64,000 nt of DNA, taken from assembly GCA_030141605.1 (NCBI GenBank), contig JAQGDQ010000046.1:806001-870000 (forward strand), given 5' to 3'. The DNA is from Tubiluchus corallicola (Eukaryota; Animalia; Priapulida). The notes below the pieces were generated by a model. The model searched no databases. It was given only the letters and a program-made list of their open reading frames with translations, and was not told where the DNA came from. Of this stretch, positions 61,401 through 64,000 are shown piece by piece. The first letter of the stretch is position 1; each line of letters begins with the position of its first letter. A program made the position numbers and the translations under genes.

Positions 61401-63105
61401 TAGTCACACAATAATTTTAAATTTATAATTATTATTTTCTCAATTGAGATAATAAGTAATATAAATTTTATCAAGTCTATAGCCATTAGATTGTACCTCC
61501 AATTTAAATTTTGTTCTTATCTATAATTTCATCCAGCAATTTATACCTTACTGTATATCGAAGAGTAGAAACAGTCAAAATTTCTTGTTAGGAATTTGTG
61601 CATCAAGTGAGAGCTGATAAAAGGTAAACACATGATTATGCATGTATTGCTTATATGTCAGTTATTTCTTTTCCTTTGAGTTTTGTTTACTTGATTTTGT
61701 TTTACATATTTTTCTGTGTATGCGCCATAAAGTATGCTTCAAAAATTATAAATGTTATTCTGCTTATTTTGTTCATTTTTTTTGCCAATTTTGTTTACTC
61801 TTTGTTTGTTTGTTTACTTGCTTATTTTCTTTATTTTGGAAAAGATAAATGCATGGAGATGTGTTGTATATTTATAATTTGCTCCCCTCATTTTATTCCA
61901 TATATGAGTATTGGTTTATGGTTTGTGTTTAAATGCATGTGCAACTAAGCCAGCTATGTATTTAATTATTGTACAGTTTAATCATTTGCTCATTCTTATT
62001 TAGTCGTGATTTTTTTATCTATCTATCTCTTGCTTTTCTCCCATTCAGCATAAAATACCAGTCTATTTAGAAAAGGAAAACACAATTGTTATTAAATTTC
62101 AAACTGAAAATCAATGGACAGTCAGGACTACATGGATTTAAATCAAAAGTTTGTATATTATATATGAAAACTACCAACCAAAAGTTCCCCTGACAGGAAA
62201 CTCAATCTCAGATCTTGTGATATCCAACCACATTTGCTGAATATAAAAAATTCAAGGGTTTAATTCCTTGGATGGGAACTCACAGATCAACCTGATAGTT
62301 ACGATAGTAGTGTCATCAAAAATCACAGATTGAAAATTCATCCTATTCGCTTATAAATTAATTGCCATGAAACTATCTTAAGGACAATCGTGTGCGTCTG
62401 GTATTGTAATTGAAAAAAATCATGGTTTAAATCCTGGTTTAGGGAGACATTTTTCACATTCATATTTTTTGGTCAAGTTGGCTTCCAAAATTGGTAATAA
62501 TATATTGCAGGTTTATTTTGTTATTTGGAGTATTATTTAAAATTATCTCAATCAAATATCTAAGTTGCCTTCTAAGTAAAATTTTATGTACAAAAATAGA
62601 GCTGGGCAAACTGCTCCCGTGTCACTCTGAAATAGCTTTTGCTTTTAGAACATTCTACCATCCAATCCCTCTCTTGCCACATTTGATCAAGGCTTCATCT
62701 GCAATTTCCCTTATATTTGCTGCAAAGCAAGTTTGTGAAGCAGCCATGTATGTTTGGTGAGCATTCCGCACCCATTCTGCAAGTTATTCCTGACGTCTGG
62801 TAAATGCCACTCTAGTCCATTAGGCTGTAGTATCGCATTCCCAGTGATCAAGGTAGCCCAAAGTTTAGCGCTTATAGCTGGCCTACTAATTCAGCATTTC
62901 CAATGTTTTATTATCGTACTGTACCGTAGTGATTACTGAAGATCGACAGGGCGGTGAAGCCTATAAAGGCTTTTATTTACTATTATAGTTTATATGGTGA
63001 ATGACGCATCCGAAACAGTGCTTTTACTGTTTTAGGTTGTACAAGTTTGACAAGCAGCGCATAAACAAAGTTTTTGCTTACCTTCGGAGTTTTAATGTGG
63101 TCCAT
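19471..63105 (-). CDS. MTMR6: Myotubularin-related phosphoinositide 3-phosphatase, MTMR6/7/8 subfamily (PH-GRAM, phosphatase, coiled coil, FYVE-like finger), 15 coding exons, 718 aa
   Basis: Minus-strand exons: 63105-63082 (MDHIKTPK), 38271-38155, 32885-32760, 32045-31851, 28046-27918, 27716-27582, 27012-26880, 26490-26381, 26069-25944, 25363-25241, 24426-24299, 21032-20901, 20563-20437, 20322-19906, 19605-19471. All GT-AG and phase-consistent; 2157 nt ending in TAG. Motifs: [26 protein letters not shown], catalytic [38 protein letters not shown]. The symbol denotes the invertebrate co-ortholog of vertebrate MTMR6/7/8. Confidence 0.93.
21399..24080 (-). mobile_element. Composite hAT remnant with decayed ZMYM1/THAP12(P52rIPK)-like transposase (DUF4371-type region)
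   Basis: 22200-22530 on - reads [41 protein letters not shown]../[22 protein letters not shown] with a frameshift and stops. It is flanked by two direct copies of a non-coding repeat (about 21780-22100 and 23670-24080) and a CAAGGGCAAATCCAGGATTTTT terminus at 21399. Confidence 0.75.
25561..25630. repeat. GA-rich imperfect microsatellite
   Basis: (GA)n/(GAG)n purine tract. Confidence 0.9.
29803..29856 (-). other. Candidate alternative first coding exon in MTMR intron 4 ([18 protein letters not shown])
   Basis: ATG preceded by an in-frame stop, 18 open codons, donor AAT|GTAAGT in phase 0, compatible with the exon starting at 28046. Confidence 0.4.
30500..30687. mobile_element. hAT-like MITE terminus
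   Basis: Ends AAAAATCCTGGATCCACCCCTG (reverse complement CAGGGGTGGATCCAGGATTTTT), the same terminus class as 21399; the other end is not found. Confidence 0.5.
30871..31486. repeat. Tandem array, 4 x 154 bp
   Basis: Unit starts AAAGTAAGAATGGTGCAAAAA at 30871, 31025, 31179 and 31333; copies differ by only a few substitutions and there are no spacers. Confidence 0.97.
33592..34088. mobile_element. Tc1/mariner-type MITE with diverged ~40 bp TIRs
   Basis: GAGGGTCGTCCAGAAACATTACCTACAAATTCTTTAATAAA versus the reverse complement of TTTATTAAAGAATTTGCTGGTAATGTTTTTTCTGGATGCCCCTG, followed by TA. Confidence 0.65.
34239..35259. mobile_element. Non-autonomous hAT (Charlie-like) element, ~1 kb
   Basis: TIR CAGGGCAGGCTCTA / TAGAGCCGGCCCTG, subterminal CCTAGG motifs, and an 8 bp TSD-like pair GTTCTAGT / GTTCTGCT. 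Confidence 0.75.
35370..36230 (+). mobile_element. Heavily decayed non-LTR retrotransposon 3' half
   Basis: EVKQCKYLG (late RT motif), [18 protein letters not shown], and a C-terminal PVCKREN.TSEH..EC Cys/His remnant across frameshifts. Confidence 0.55.
39175..39405 (+). mobile_element. Degenerate 5S rRNA-derived SINE (SINE3-like), copy A
   Basis: CACAAAGTTCAGGCAACACTGAGCCTGATCAATATATGGATAGGTTGC..GGAATTC resembles the 5S internal control region. The 3' body GATTATGGTCCCACACAA..TTGCAAAAGACTAAACTGT is shared with copy B and is followed by a TA-rich tandem tail. Confidence 0.55.
40388..40442. repeat. (TA)n microsatellite
   Basis: Uninterrupted TA run of about 55 bp. Confidence 0.98.
43314..43700. 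repeat. Diverged tandem duplication, 2 x ~197 bp
   Basis: Copies start at 43314 and 43511 and share TAACATGTGCTG, TTCCTCAGAAAA, CATAAACATACTTA, CAGCCTTTATATTGTGG and GAGGAACTCTTGTTACATATGT. Confidence 0.9.
47332..47385 (-). other. Candidate 54-nt phase-0 coding exon in MTMR intron 1 ([18 protein letters not shown])
   Basis: Acceptor TTTTTTTCTTCATAG, donor AAG|GTGAGT; open in the frame matching flanking MTMR exons 1 and 2. Confidence 0.55.
48400..48690 (-). mobile_element. Degenerate 5S rRNA-derived SINE (SINE3-like), copy B
   Basis: Minus strand CAACTGAAGTTAAGCAACGACCAACCTGGTCTATAAATGAATGGGGGACTACCAGGAAAAC aligns by eye with 5S CACCGAAGTTAAGCAACGTCGGGCCTGGTTAGTACTTGGATGGGTGACCGCCTGGGAATAC. 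Body is GATTCTGGTCCTACCACAA..TTGCAAAAAGTGCCAAACTGT. Confidence 0.6.
52652..52724. repeat. (CT)n imperfect microsatellite
   Basis: Pyrimidine CT tract. Confidence 0.9.
53480..55535 (+). mobile_element. 5'-truncated, internally deleted CR1/L2(Crack)-type LINE
   Basis: RT motifs [48 protein letters not shown] and YADDS at 54120-54420. AT-rich 3' UTR ends CATGGACC..TATCCATGTAAAAAATAAA plus a (TCTG/TCTA)n tail. Confidence 0.85.
55570..55745. repeat. (TA)n and (CAATA/CATTA)n microsatellites
   Basis: TA run at about 55584-55606; pentamer array at about 55693-55745. Confidence 0.9.
57250..62035 (+). mobile_element. Near full-length decayed CR1/L2(Crack)-type LINE: ORF1, PHD-like finger, APE endonuclease, RT, 3' UTR
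   Basis: ORF1 [31 protein letters not shown] (57600-58050). PHD-like YPCSVC..CGR (58135-58290). [78 protein letters not shown]-terminal YQGPILLN. Many stops; antisense to the host MTMR gene; ends approximate. Confidence 0.9.
62250..62950 (-). mobile_element. Possible ancient non-LTR retrotransposon 3' fragment
   Basis: Minus-strand fragments [20 protein letters not shown] and [15 protein letters not shown] resemble LINE C-terminal regions; very degraded. Confidence 0.3.
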
Positions 63106-63674
63106 GGCAAATTTATGGAATAAAATGTAGATATTACACTACACCCAGGGAGCAACCAGGCTCTGGAGCAACTACCCGCCTCACTCTACCTTTCACGTAC
63201 AACAACAGTTGCACCGCTAATGACAAATGTGATTAATGAGGCACTATTCATATTTTAAAAGAAGAGATTATGTCAATTAGCGTCCGGCTACTATCCGTAG
63301 CACAATTTCCTTGCCACGACAACAAAAGAACAATAGTACTGCTTACATTTTTAAGCAAAGTGACGAAATTTGCTTAATGAAACGACAAATTTTTGAAATT
63401 TAACAAAAACAAAAGTTAACTTTAACCAATTTGATATTTGTAACCTCCGTCTGTTTCCCCGGATTTCCTGGCGCAGTACAAGTTTTGGCATGCTGTAGCA
63501 TATCAACTACGCACAATACCATGTTTGAATTTTTCAACACTGGTGTCAGGCTCGTTAGTCGACTCGTCAGACTCGTCACTACCTTACAAATGTGTTAACA
63601 ACATTTGAAGATATAAATAAAATTAGCTAGTTAAGATAAGATAACTAACTAAATAAAATAAAAGTAAACGAATG

Positions 63675-64000
63675 GTGATAATAGTAATAATAACAACAAC
63701 AACAACAACAATAATAATAATAATAATAATAACAATAATAATAACAACAATAGTAATAATAATAATCACATATCCTTTGCATCAGTGCCTCCTCCATGCT
63801 GTCAGTGGTCTTGTCCAATAACCACCGACTGGATTGTGTCCACTGACTACTTTGTCTTGGAAGTCTTGTTTCATCTATCCTGCAACCATTTCCTAGAAAT
63901 TCCTTTGTTACTTTCTTGCTAGAGCACTTAAAGAAGTTTGACCAATTTTCCATCTCAGTGTTTCTCAAAGTGTTCGTGGAATATGTAGTATTCGATGTAG
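63675..64000 (-). mobile_element. RTE-clade LINE 3' end with (TTA/TTG)n tail
   Basis: FLGNGCRIDETRLPRQSSQWT resembles the RTE C-terminal WLGHVxRM..RLP..W motif and is followed directly by a trinucleotide microsatellite tail (63675-63765); runs off the window. Confidence 0.7.

Noticed and set aside
62990-63045. Hammerhead-like GAAACAGT/ACTGTTT hairpin near MTMR exon 1
   Set aside because: Core reads GTGAATGA rather than CTGANGA and there is no stem I.
61642-63968. Hydrophobic or Tyr/Cys-run ORFs (61642-61948, 63645-63968) as proteins
   Set aside because: These are translations of a T-rich LINE 3' UTR and of an RTE 3' end with its microsatellite tail.

Overview
This is AT-rich animal (invertebrate-like) nuclear DNA with two convergent, intron-rich genes reconstructed by hand from GT-AG splice sites. 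TMEM144 lies on + (10 coding exons, 6103-14971, 361 aa). A catalytically intact myotubularin of the MTMR6/7/8 subfamily lies on - (15 coding exons, 63105 down to 19471, 718 aa); it has a C-terminal atypical FYVE-like finger and a ~24.8 kb first intron. The rest is mostly transposon debris: a decayed Ty3/Gypsy gag-protease, several LINEs (including a near full-length CR1/L2-type copy with ORF1, PHD, APE and RT), an Academ-like deletion derivative, a hAT transposase remnant, several MITEs with readable TIRs/TSDs, 5S- and tRNA-derived SINE-like copies, a 4x154 bp tandem array and microsatellites. No prokaryote-type system (CRISPR, operon) is present, and I see no clear new multi-gene system. The best leads are candidate alternative MTMR N-terminal exons, the FYVE-like tail, a 5S-headed SINE family with possible exonisation, and a transposon-supplied poly(A) signal. 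All family assignments come from motif recognition by eye, not database searches.
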